Of a stretch of DNA of 50,490 bases, positions 38,034 to 46,700 are shown piece by piece; within the stretch, counting starts at the first letter, position 1, and every line of letters begins with the position of its first letter. A model generated the notes under the pieces. That model was not told the DNA's origin. It saw only the letters and a list, made by a program, of their open reading frames with translations, and searched no databases. Source of the stretch: a virus (Duplodnaviria > Caudoviricetes); IMG/VR virus record IMGVR_UViG_3300018067_000002, positions 1 to 50,490 of that record. One strand, given 5' to 3'. Both the position numbers and the translations under genes were made by a program.

Positions 38034-38257
38034 TATGCTACCTTGATCTTACCTAGTCGATACGCTTCTCGCATGATGAGCGCCATACGATGTGTGAGAC
38101 CAGACGGTTTCATCTCGAGCGCGCCTGCGGCTTGAGTCAACGATACCTTACCTGTCAGCCAAGCAAGTGTTAACTCAATTTCTTCGTCTGAAAACTTCTG
38201 TTTTTGAGCATTCGGAATAGCGAGAGCTTTCTCTAACAGAGTCTGTGTTTTTGTCAT
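38033..38257 (-). CDS. Small HTH-like protein
   Basis: VSLTQAAGALEMKPSGL. Confidence 0.5.
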   Translation of the reverse strand: MTKTQTLLEKALAIPNAQKQKFSDEEIELTLAWLTGKVSLTQAAGALEMKPSGLTHRMALIMREAYRLGKIKVA

Positions 38258-38463
38258 TTTGTATACTTGGCGCGCTCAATACGCAGTTGATTCAATCTGT
38301 GCGCGTAGTTGATGTAATCGAGCATCTTGACTTCACCGAGCGTCTTGAGCGCTTCTTCGACTGTGTCGAACTCGGTGATGTCCACACGAACTGTCGAGCT
38401 ATGTGGACCCGGTCCTTTTGCCTTGTGATCTCGAAACGTGATATCGTGCTTTAAGTTTCTCAC
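38254..38463 (-). CDS. Hypothetical protein
   Basis: Coupled ORF. Confidence 0.55.
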   Translation of the reverse strand: MRNLKHDITFRDHKAKGPGPHSSTVRVDITEFDTVEEALKTLGEVKMLDYINYAHRLNQLRIERAKYTK

Positions 38464-38654
38464 TTTGACTTGACCTCACTTCGGCTCGTCGCTTGCCTTT
38501 TCCTCTGTGTCCGATGGCAGCCGCACTTGTTACACGTCCAGTGTGCCACTAACGGATCGGTGTCAGCGAATAACATTCGCTTGTAAGGCGCGCTCCAGAC
38601 AGGGACGATATCCGTTCTCACGTATCGTCCTCCACAATTACACTTTGTCGTCAT
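38460..38654 (-). CDS. Zinc-ribbon protein
   Basis: CNCGG...CNKCG. Confidence 0.55.
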   Translation of the reverse strand: MTTKCNCGGRYVRTDIVPVWSAPYKRMLFADTDPLVAHWTCNKCGCHRTQRKRQATSRSEVKSK

Positions 38655-39220
38655 CCTTTCATACCTCGAATCATCTTTTCTGCATTCTCACGTGACATTC
38701 CGGTTCTCGTCAGCTTTTCTACGAGATTCTCGAATGCCTTATCTCCAGCGTCGCCGATTTGCTTTGGCTTTGCGATCCTTGGCGTCTTGACCGTTCCGTC
38801 TGAATTGGTCGAGGGGCGCGCAAGTGCTCTGTATTTCTTGTCCTGCGCTCTCAATTCTTCGCGCTGCTCGTTTGTTAGGGCGCGCGACCATTCTTCATCG
38901 ATGTCCATCGTCGCTTGCAGTTGAGTATTGAGAACCTTGACCATATCTTCAAGGTCTGCAATGTGCTCTTTGATCTGCTGATGCGACATTCCACTTACGA
39001 GGAGAGTGTTGAACTTGTCGATGTATGAACGCTTTAGACGTTCGTTGATCGGCTCTGTGCTCGGCTGAACTTCGACGTTATCTGACTTCGGCTCGTCGTT
39101 CACTTTCGGAGAACTTGTCTCCTTAACATAACAGTCCATACAGAGCCACATGTTATTAATGAGCGCCAATTCTCCGCCGTTCGGACACGCTTCACACACT
39201 GTCGGTTTCTCGTTTGCCAT
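38651..39220 (-). CDS. Hypothetical protein (Zn finger plus coiled coil)
   Basis: CEAC...LCMDC then helical region. Confidence 0.6.
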   Translation of the reverse strand: MANEKPTVCEACPNGGELALINNMWLCMDCYVKETSSPKVNDEPKSDNVEVQPSTEPINERLKRSYIDKFNTLLVSGMSHQQIKEHIADLEDMVKVLNTQLQATMDIDEEWSRALTNEQREELRAQDKKYRALARPSTNSDGTVKTPRIAKPKQIGDAGDKAFENLVEKLTRTGMSRENAEKMIRGMKG

Positions 39221-39221
39221 T

Positions 39222-39698
39222 TTAGCTCTTTTCTGCCGCTACATTCTGAGCGACTTGACTTCGGCTCGTCGTATTCCAAAACTTTTCTGTCTCGTGCAAC
39301 AAATTGTCGAGGATCATTGTAAATCTTGCGTCGTGGCTCGTGCTATAGAATTTCAGCATCTCGAGCGCGTGAGCGTATTCATGAATTACTAGACCGACAC
39401 GCAATCTTCCATTCGGCTCGGAGTGAATCGTCGGATTGTATGGAGTCTCAGGGAGGCTGATATAGCCTCGACCATTCTTGACTCCACCCCATCCTCGTGC
39501 TGTATGTTTTCCGGCTCTCGGGGCGCGCAATCTAACGAGTGGCATTTGTTGACCGGGAAAATATTTCTCGTGCATTACAGCAATCAAGAAATATGCTGTC
39601 TCAGGTTCACAGCTTGTCTGATGTGCCAATCGTAGACGATTGGGATTTATTGACTGGCGTGCTACACAGTCATACTCACCCGGAATAAGATTTGTCAT
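39222..39698 (-). CDS. SprT-like zinc metallopeptidase-domain protein
   Basis: VIHEYAH...SHDARF (HExxH plus third His). Confidence 0.7.
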   Translation of the reverse strand: MTNLIPGEYDCVARQSINPNRLRLAHQTSCEPETAYFLIAVMHEKYFPGQQMPLVRLRAPRAGKHTARGWGGVKNGRGYISLPETPYNPTIHSEPNGRLRVGLVIHEYAHALEMLKFYSTSHDARFTMILDNLLHETEKFWNTTSRSQVAQNVAAEKS

Positions 39699-39699
39699 T

Positions 39700-40170
39700 G
39701 TCGTAAACTTTGTAATAGTCGTAAACTTCTCGCGGGTATTTCACGTATATTTCACGTATATTTCACGGCTTTGTCGCGGGTATTTCACGGATATTATTAG
39801 TGTGTATTTTTTACACTATTCGCCGCTAACTGCTTGCGCTGTAAGGGTTTGCGGTAACACAAGAGCATTATACCATACCCCTATGCCGATGTCAAGCCCA
39901 TAGGTTGGATCGACGATCCAAAAGTTTGGCGTCGAAATCCAATTTTTTGTCTTTTTTTATATTTTGTATGTATTTATAGGGTAGTAGACTCTACAGTATA
40001 CTTTTCACCGATAAGTGCTTTAGAATCAGTAACTTACGGGAAATGCCCGTCGGAAAAAATACCCGTGAAGTATGTGTGAAGTATCCGTGAAGTACCCGTG
40101 AAATACCCGTGAAGTATCCGTGAAGTTCCGTGGTAGGTTTACGACGGAGTGCTGTTTACGTCGTAAACCC
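39700..40170. repeat. Inverted iteron-like arrays around an AT-rich core (candidate origin or packaging region)
   Basis: Four TATTTCACG units at 39731-39789; six 11-bp (CC)GTGAA(G/A)TA(T/C) units at 40063-40127; T-rich tract 39941-39978. Confidence 0.7.
39867..39895 (-). promoter_or_regulatory. Consensus sigma70 early promoter
   Basis: TTGACA-17 nt-TATAAT with extended TG. Confidence 0.88.
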
Positions 40171-40370
40171 TATCGGCCCTAGAAACGGCGATCGGCGTTT
40201 CCGGGCACCTTACTATTGCTTCGGAACGATCGTTGATCGTAGGGCATTCTAGCGCGTTCTAGGGGCATTCTAGGCTGTAGGTTCAGCCTGCATCTCGAGC
40301 GCCCCGCAGCCCAGACCGACAAATAGCCTGCATCGTCTCCAATGCAGGCTATCTGTCGCTTGTGTGTCGT

Positions 40371-40398
40371 AAAAATACGGGGCATTTCTGCCCCGTAT
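40371..40398 (-). terminator. Intrinsic terminator after the 40403-40897 gene
   Basis: atacggggca/tgccccgtat stem, U5 on the minus strand. Confidence 0.7.
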
Positions 40399-40402
40399 CG
40401 GT

Positions 40403-40897
40403 CTAGGCCATTGCCTCGATCTTCTTGAGCGCTTCGGCCTCGCTGATGTTGAACGCTTTTGCGAGTTGCTTCGCTGCGGCCAATTTCGCCTTGTCCGGTC
40501 CCTCGACCAGAACTGCAAGACGCTGAGACTCCTTGGACTTCGCGCCGAGGTCGTTTCCGTAGAAAAAGTCCTTTACCGCGCAAGGACCGTCAAAGTCGGA
40601 AATGTCGTTTCCGTCCTTGTCCTTTTCGGACTTCCACGTCGTCTCGACACCGCCAGCGATCGCGGCCATCCCCTTGTAGTTGGTCGGGACCAGCTGCAAG
40701 TATTCCTTGCGGTAGGGCTTCGACTCGACGTTGCGCTTCACATTGTTGATCCGCGCCACAACGTCACCCGCGGTGATCGCTGCCTTGACCGCGTCGGTCT
40801 GCTTGGCGATCTCGGTATTGAGATCCAGCGTCCCGCCGACCAGCGTGGCCTCTTCCTTTGCCACTTCCTCACCTGCTACGATCTTCACTTTTGCCAT
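40403..40897 (-). CDS. Immediate-early hypothetical protein
   Basis: Strongly biased codons; three promoters upstream and a terminator downstream. Confidence 0.75.
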   Translation of the reverse strand: MAKVKIVAGEEVAKEEATLVGGTLDLNTEIAKQTDAVKAAITAGDVVARINNVKRNVESKPYRKEYLQLVPTNYKGMAAIAGGVETTWKSEKDKDGNDISDFDGPCAVKDFFYGNDLGAKSKESQRLAVLVEGPDKAKLAAAKQLAKAFNISEAEALKKIEAMA

Positions 40898-40958
40898 TTG
40901 GCACACTTCCTGTTAGTGGCGCGTTTTGCGCCGTTTCCGTTTCCGAACTTACTAGAAC

Positions 40959-40987
40959 AGTATAACATGGTTTCGTTTCGGTGTCAA
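40959..40987 (-). promoter_or_regulatory. Sigma70 early promoter
   Basis: TTGACA-17-TATACT. Confidence 0.8.
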
Positions 40988-41043
40988 GCGTTTATTTTGC
41001 TTTTCTTTTCGCGCCGCCCGTTACCGTTTCTAACCATACATAC

Positions 41044-41072
41044 ATTCTAGCATACCTGCGCTACCCTGTCAA
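41044..41072 (-). promoter_or_regulatory. Sigma70 early promoter
   Basis: TTGACA-17-TAGAAT. Confidence 0.8.
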
Positions 41073-41150
41073 TAGGTAACATTTACTTACCTGCTACGTA
41101 TTCAGTTGTCAAGGAGCGCACACCGTCGAACTAACTACCCAACGACATAC

Positions 41151-41179
41151 AGTCTACCATAGGCGCACATGGTTGTCAA
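41151..41179 (-). promoter_or_regulatory. Sigma70 early promoter
   Basis: TTGACA-17-TAGACT. Confidence 0.75.
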
Positions 41180-41465
41180 TAGGAAGATTTTACAATGAAT
41201 ATGTATTTTTTATATAGCGTGCTACGACTGTGAGCTATTGCACCGATCGTGCCATGCCAACCGACTGGGGCATATGCCCGTCGGAACGGGTCCCATGTCG
41301 GCCAGGGGTTTAAGGCTGTCGAAAGCATGCTTGTTTGCAACTTATATGTTCATTCGGCAGTCTGAATATAACGCCTTATTTTCCATGCGACGAAAACGGA
41401 TCTTGCCGTTCACTTGATGAACGGCTACCGATAAGCCCTTTGTTTGCAAGCACTTACGGGCGGGC

Positions 41466-41495
41466 TTGACAAGCAACCGGCATTTATGGTAGAAT
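41466..41495 (+). promoter_or_regulatory. Sigma70 promoter for the rightward (packaging/structural) arm
   Basis: TTGACA-18-TAGAAT with extended TG. Confidence 0.7.
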
Positions 41496-41546
41496 CACGC
41501 AGGAGCGACGATGCTCAGCAGTTCGTCGTATTCTAGGATTACGACT

Positions 41547-42209
41547 ATGTTCATATCCGAAGAAGAAGCTCTCGAACGTCTTCGATCCTCTAACAATTTA
41601 GTGAACCGTCTTGGTGTGACTCAACCTGAAACGGGTCCCATACAGGACGACGAAGAAAAGTCAAGTGAAGTCGACGCTGCCCTACAACATGAACTCGACC
41701 TCGATCCAGACATAGATCCAGTGCGCGCCGCAGTTCTCGCTGGACGGCGCGCAACGGGAAGTAACGGTCGCGGTCGATATCCCGGACAGAAGAACATTCC
41801 GCCTGTCTTCAGATCACTGATCGGAGCAACGAGCCGAATTACATCGGCTGAAAGTGCAGCTAAGATGTTCGGAGTTTCTGTCCCAACTGCGCACAATTAC
41901 GCGCACGGGAAACTCGCATCAAAGGCTACGCCGAATCAGAGTCTGCTCGAGTCCATCGAGAACGATACGCAAAGTATCAGGCAACAAGTTCTCGGTGTTC
42001 TTTCCTTCACGATTGCAGGCATCACTCCAGACAAGATCGAGAACAAGGATGCCAAGGAACTTTCGATCATCGCGCGCAACCTTGGATCAATCATGTCTGC
42101 GACCAAACCTCCGGCCGATTTCGGAGACAAGACAACGAACGCTCAGGTCATAGTCTTTTCTCCCGAGCAGGAACAAGAATCATTCTATCCAACAAAAGAG
42201 ATCGGCTAA
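41547..42209 (+). CDS. HTH-containing protein, candidate terminase small subunit
   Basis: SAESAAKMFGVSVPTAHNY HTH followed by a helical region; first gene of the arm containing TerL. Confidence 0.45.
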   Translation: MFISEEEALERLRSSNNLVNRLGVTQPETGPIQDDEEKSSEVDAALQHELDLDPDIDPVRAAVLAGRRATGSNGRGRYPGQKNIPPVFRSLIGATSRITSAESAAKMFGVSVPTAHNYAHGKLASKATPNQSLLESIENDTQSIRQQVLGVLSFTIAGITPDKIENKDAKELSIIARNLGSIMSATKPPADFGDKTTNAQVIVFSPEQEQESFYPTKEIG

Positions 42210-42262
42210 CACTAAGGTAAAGTATCCCGTAGTCGAAGCCGTCGACGAAGTGAGTTAAAATT

Positions 42263-42520
42263 ATGCAAGGTTTTGTTCGTAAGCTCTTTGCAGACAAGGG
42301 CTACGCTTTCATCGAAGGTTCAGACCAGAGAGACTACTTCCTCCACTGGTCGAAAGTTTCGCGCGCCTCCGTTCCCTTCCGGAATATGCGCGAAGGCGAC
42401 AAGGTCACGTTTGATTATGAAGAAGGAGATCAGGGACCAAAAGCCCTGAACGTGCTAGTCAACCGAACACAGGAGAATACCGATGCCACTGTCCGACCTC
42501 TCGCAAACGAAGCCGGTTGA
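42263..42520 (+). CDS. Cold-shock domain protein
   Basis: KGYAFI (RNP1), YFLHWS (RNP2), EGDKVTF...GPKALNV. Confidence 0.9.
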   Translation: MQGFVRKLFADKGYAFIEGSDQRDYFLHWSKVSRASVPFRNMREGDKVTFDYEEGDQGPKALNVLVNRTQENTDATVRPLANEAG

Positions 42521-43430
42521 CCCACAGTACGGTCAATCAGTCCCGCTCCGCCCAGGTGACCACCCTGGACCCGACGATCCCGGCGTGAATGAGCGCCCCT
42601 CAGTCGACAACAGTCTGCCAGGCAACGACGTGCCCGAGTGGCTCAGCAAGCCAGGTCCGGATCGTCCTCGTGTCGGCGGAGATTCAACGCGCGCGCAATG
42701 GGCATTCGATCCAAAGAGCAAGAAGCTCGTCAAGCTCGACAAGCAGAAGTCGCTTGCGAACATGAAGATCAATCTCGGTTCGCCTCTCAACGTGAAGACA
42801 AAGACTGGAGAGGTGCAGGCAGGTCCGGGAGACATCGTCGGCGACTGGGGCAAACATCAGGTCATGATGAGCAAAGAAATGTTCATTGCTCTGATGGGCC
42901 AAGAGGAGTACGACAATCTGCTCCGCAAGGAAATGCTGAAGGTCGTCATCGCCAAGCGTCTCGACGACGGACTTCCTGCATACACCGAGCAAGAGATCGG
43001 TATCAAGAAAGAGGAGATCGATAAGGTCATCGAAGCCAAGGCGCGCTCCGAAGAGGACTTTGATCCCAACGATCTGAATCAACGCATTCAGATCACCGAT
43101 TCTTCTGAAGGTCCTCCGACAATCGCACCGGATGAGTATGGAACCATCATCCCCGGACCGATGCTCCCGATTCCGGTCAACATGCCGGACGAAGGTGAAC
43201 CTCCTCCGACGTCTCAAGATCCTGCCACAGGTGCATCAGCGGGTAGTCCGGGAACTTGGACTCCAAGTGGCGGACAACCTCCCGCCGACTTTGCTGCACT
43301 CAGCAGCATGACGGCCGACCCCACGACCGCGTGGACCGAAGGCCAGTACGTCACTCTCGGTGACAACTCGGATGCCTATTGGGATGGCACGAATTGGGTC
43401 GTCGGTAGAGCACCGGCAGCCGCTCCTTAG
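42483..43430 (+). CDS. Pro-rich hypothetical protein with a C-terminal Trp-rich module
   Basis: RBS aggag; C-terminus AGSPGTWTP...TAWTEGQYVTLGD..AYWDGTNW. Confidence 0.65.
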   Translation: MPLSDLSQTKPVDPQYGQSVPLRPGDHPGPDDPGVNERPSVDNSLPGNDVPEWLSKPGPDRPRVGGDSTRAQWAFDPKSKKLVKLDKQKSLANMKINLGSPLNVKTKTGEVQAGPGDIVGDWGKHQVMMSKEMFIALMGQEEYDNLLRKEMLKVVIAKRLDDGLPAYTEQEIGIKKEEIDKVIEAKARSEEDFDPNDLNQRIQITDSSEGPPTIAPDEYGTIIPGPMLPIPVNMPDEGEPPPTSQDPATGASAGSPGTWTPSGGQPPADFAALSSMTADPTTAWTEGQYVTLGDNSDAYWDGTNWVVGRAPAAAP

Positions 43431-43436
43431 GACTAT

Positions 43437-43475
43437 AGGGTGCGCCGATAGTGTGCTCGGCGCACCCTTTCTTTC
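43437..43475 (+). terminator. Intrinsic terminator
   Basis: agggtgcgccga-loop-tcggcgcaccct-ttctttc. Confidence 0.75.
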
Positions 43476-43522
43476 GACGAGCCGAAGTATTCCGAAGTCA
43501 AGTGAAGTCTAGGTAAATTCAA

Positions 43523-44059
43523 ATGAAGAAGATTCTAGTCGTTCTCTTAGTCGTGTTCTGTTTCGGATGCGACATCGAACTCACGATGCCGTCAACGAAC
43601 GTAACGAACACGAATACGAACACCGTCTCTATCGACCTACACGACCTCATAAACTTTGCTCCAATGGCGAATCCCACGAGCACGCCAGTTCCTGGTGGGC
43701 CGACCGGATCTGAGACGCCATTACCTTTACCTGCTTCTGCTCAAGGAATCGCCCAGGGTGTAGCAAACAACAATCAGAGCGCCCTTTTGAGATCGTGTCA
43801 GGCGATATATGGCGAGGTTGCTTGGACCTTCATGGACGCTGAAGTGGCTGCGCTCAAGGCTCAGGATCCTCGCTGGGGTTACATGGTCAAGCCTACCGAT
43901 GGAACGATCTCCAAGGACGTTATCGCGTATCGAGCGACTTCGGATAATTCAGGCGCGTGGGGTGTCGATATCATCGTCGATCACTGCGGCAACCCGAGTT
44001 TCGCCTGGAACGTTCTCGGATTCGACCCGAATGCACAATGGTCAGGAACGAGGTTCTGA
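43523..44059 (+). CDS. Lipoprotein
   Basis: MKKILVVLLVVFCFG|C lipobox, Thr/Pro linker, globular C-terminal domain. Confidence 0.7.
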   Translation: MKKILVVLLVVFCFGCDIELTMPSTNVTNTNTNTVSIDLHDLINFAPMANPTSTPVPGGPTGSETPLPLPASAQGIAQGVANNNQSALLRSCQAIYGEVAWTFMDAEVAALKAQDPRWGYMVKPTDGTISKDVIAYRATSDNSGAWGVDIIVDHCGNPSFAWNVLGFDPNAQWSGTRF

Positions 44060-44220
44060 TGATTCTCATTCTTGTTATCCTCATCGTTCTGCTGTTTAGC
44101 ACCGCTCCATATTATCCATATTCCCGTAGCTGGGGATACGGACCTTCAGGAGCTGTCACACTCATTCTTGTCATCCTCATCATCTACATGCTGTTAGGAC
44201 GTGGTCAGGCAAGGTTGTAA
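44059..44220 (+). CDS. DUF3309-like small membrane protein
   Basis: ILIVLL..APYYPYSRSWGYGPSG...LILVILIIYMLLG. Confidence 0.75.
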   Translation: MILILVILIVLLFSTAPYYPYSRSWGYGPSGAVTLILVILIIYMLLGRGQARL

Positions 44221-44260
44221 TAAATTGGACACAGAGGCGATTCAATTAGAAAGGGTCAAG

Positions 44261-44407
44261 ATGCCCGCTAAAAGCGCGAAACAATATCGTTTCATGCAGG
44301 CGGCAGCCCACGGCGGTCTCAAAGGACCCCAACAAATTGATCCCTCTGTGGCCAAAGAGTTTATCGCAAAGATGCCGACGAGCAAGCGTAAGATTTGGAG
44401 CAAGTAA
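44261..44407 (+). CDS. Small basic phage protein
   Basis: MPAKSAKQYRFMQAAAH...VAKEF. Confidence 0.6.
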   Translation: MPAKSAKQYRFMQAAAHGGLKGPQQIDPSVAKEFIAKMPTSKRKIWSK

Positions 44408-44628
44408 TGGCCATCACATATAGCATTCCACTCGGCGTTCCGACACTGACTCTTGCGGGAGTCGCATACGCGTTACCAGTGCGCGCCTGTATGCTCATTT
44501 CTTCCGGAGCATCTGAAGTCTCGCTTGACGGGACTGCTTGGGCCGCGCACACTTCAGGTCAGAATGCTCAAGGAGCGTTCGTCAGGACAACTGGTGCGGC
44601 AACCGTCCTTGCTAAGCCGATAGGTTAA
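44407..44628 (+). CDS. Hypothetical protein
   Basis: TAATG-coupled ORF. Confidence 0.5.
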   Translation: MAITYSIPLGVPTLTLAGVAYALPVRACMLISSGASEVSLDGTAWAAHTSGQNAQGAFVRTTGAATVLAKPIG

Positions 44629-44629
44629 G

Positions 44630-46303
44630 TTGCCTTTTCAGACTATTGAGGGAAGTAAAGTCTGGGAGCCAAACAAAAGGCAAACAGATTTTATCCGTAT
44701 CCCAGACCAAATATTCGAGGCAATGTATGGTGGAGCAGCTGGAGGAGGTAAGTCAGAACTCCTACTGATGCTTCCGATAGCTCGTGGCTGGTATGAAAAC
44801 TCAACTTTTAAGGGTATCATTTTTAGAAGAACATTCCCAGAGCTTGAAGAATCACTTATCCCAAGAAGTCGAGACATATATCCTCTTTTCGGAGCTACGT
44901 ATAACGATACGAAACACCGTTGGACGTTTCCATCAGGTGCCTGGATTCAGTTCTCGTATATGCTTAGGGCTGAGGACGCTCGAAGCCACGACACCGCCGA
45001 ATACAATTACATCGGATTTGACGAATTAACAGCCTTTGAGGAATTTCAATATGTTTTCCTTACTAGTCGCTGTCGTACCTCTGATAGCAGCCTTCCTGCT
45101 ATTATACGAAGTGCGACGAACCCGGGTAACGTCGGACATTCATGGGTTAGAAAAAGGTTCGTCGAACCGGCAAGGAATGGATACACGAAAATCTACGACC
45201 GAGTAGCTCAAAGCTACCGGATATTTATACCGGCGAAGCTGACGGATAACCATTTCCTGATGCGCGCCGACCCGAATTATATAAATCGTCTTCAACTCCT
45301 ACCGCTTGCCGAGAGAAAAGCTAAGCTCGAGGGTGATTGGTGGACGTTTACTGGTCAGGTCTTCAACGAATGGAGACATGAAAGATTTGCAGGGGAGCCT
45401 GTTAACGCGCTACATCTGATAGATCCTTTTCCATTGCCCGCGTTTTGGCCTCGAATTGCTGCAATTGACTGGGGCCACAGTGCAATGACGTGGATCGGAT
45501 GGGCGGCTGTTGCTCCTAACGGACAAGCGTTCCTTTATCGTCAATACGGTCGGAAAAATCAGAAGATTGTTGACTGGTCTAGTGACTTTGTCCGATTGTC
45601 ACAAGGCGAAATCATCGATTCCGTAGTGATCGATCCATCTGCTCGTCGAAAAGAAGGTGATCAACGGTCGATTTTACAGCAGTTTGTAGAGGTATTGAAT
45701 CCTCCAGGTCAAGATGCTCGTTACACCATCTCACTAGCTGATAACGATCGAGTCAGCGGCAAGATGTTGATGCACGAATACCTGAGATGGAACCAAAGAC
45801 CACCACGAATTGTTCCGAAAGAGGGATTCAACATTGAGACAGGCGCGCGAATTTTCAGGATTTACGGAGAGAAAGCCTATAAGGAATACGCGTCGATGTT
45901 TGAGCCGGAAAAACCGGAAACAAACATCCCAAAACTCCAAGTCTTCAAGGACTCGAGACTCTATGTTGATACCGATCTTGATGCGTTCGAAGACGTCATT
46001 CCCCTTTGCGTTTACGACGATGTCAAGACAGAAGATGTCATGGAATTCGATGGGGACGACCCGTATGACGGGGGTCGCTACCTGGTTAAAGAGATACATC
46101 GTTGGGTGGAAAAGTCGCAAGTCGTCAGCGAAGACAGGGAGAAACTCAACCAAGTCCTCCAATATCTAGAGAGTTCGGGTGACATGACCGGTTTCTACCG
46201 AAGAATGGAGAAACTGGACAGAAACAAGAATCAATTCATGAAACCTGTTAAGATGTATCATAAAGCTCCTCGTAGAAGGCGGTTTCCGTATGTGGCTCAT
46301 TGA
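44630..46303 (+). CDS. terL: Terminase large subunit
   Basis: YGGAAGGGKS Walker A, IGFDELT Walker B, ATNPG, IDWG nuclease motif, DDPYD. Confidence 0.93.
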   Translation: MPFQTIEGSKVWEPNKRQTDFIRIPDQIFEAMYGGAAGGGKSELLLMLPIARGWYENSTFKGIIFRRTFPELEESLIPRSRDIYPLFGATYNDTKHRWTFPSGAWIQFSYMLRAEDARSHDTAEYNYIGFDELTAFEEFQYVFLTSRCRTSDSSLPAIIRSATNPGNVGHSWVRKRFVEPARNGYTKIYDRVAQSYRIFIPAKLTDNHFLMRADPNYINRLQLLPLAERKAKLEGDWWTFTGQVFNEWRHERFAGEPVNALHLIDPFPLPAFWPRIAAIDWGHSAMTWIGWAAVAPNGQAFLYRQYGRKNQKIVDWSSDFVRLSQGEIIDSVVIDPSARRKEGDQRSILQQFVEVLNPPGQDARYTISLADNDRVSGKMLMHEYLRWNQRPPRIVPKEGFNIETGARIFRIYGEKAYKEYASMFEPEKPETNIPKLQVFKDSRLYVDTDLDAFEDVIPLCVYDDVKTEDVMEFDGDDPYDGGRYLVKEIHRWVEKSQVVSEDREKLNQVLQYLESSGDMTGFYRRMEKLDRNKNQFMKPVKMYHKAPRRRRFPYVAH

Positions 46304-46700
46304 TCTTTTTCGTCCCTCTTACAAGGTTTCTCTGGAACAAAAGGGTTGTCTTGGCTGTTCTGCGCGGCAGGCGCACATCGAAGATTTACAGAACCTGCTT
46401 CGCTCGGAACGAGAAGGCAATTCGATACTACAAACTGTCTTGTTCCAGAAGGTCGGTTACGTTGCTCCGACGGTTTCGCAAGAAACGTCAGACATGAAGC
46501 CGTTGCGTAGCATCCAGACGATTGGAGACCTACGTAGACAGGCAGAGAACAGAGAAGCTGAGAAGTTTCCCGATGCTCGTAAAGAATACTGGACTAAAGT
46601 TCAGGCTCAATACGATAAAGCTGGAAAACTTCCAAGAATTGAGCCTAAGACCGAGCCAGAGTATCCCGAAGTAACAGCACAAGATACTGGAAATGGCTGA
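46290..46700 (+). CDS. Hypothetical protein
   Basis: CLGC then coiled coil; overlaps both neighbours. Confidence 0.6.
   Translation: MWLIDLFRPSYKVSLEQKGCLGCSARQAHIEDLQNLLRSEREGNSILQTVLFQKVGYVAPTVSQETSDMKPLRSIQTIGDLRRQAENREAEKFPDARKEYWTKVQAQYDKAGKLPRIEPKTEPEYPEVTAQDTGNG

Noticed and set aside
40063-40132. CRISPR array
   Set aside because: 11-bp tandem units without spacers; no cas operon.
40175-40360. Possible ncRNA (hairpin 40323-40352, repeated ggcattctag)
   Set aside because: Structure is present, but there is too little evidence for a defined RNA gene.
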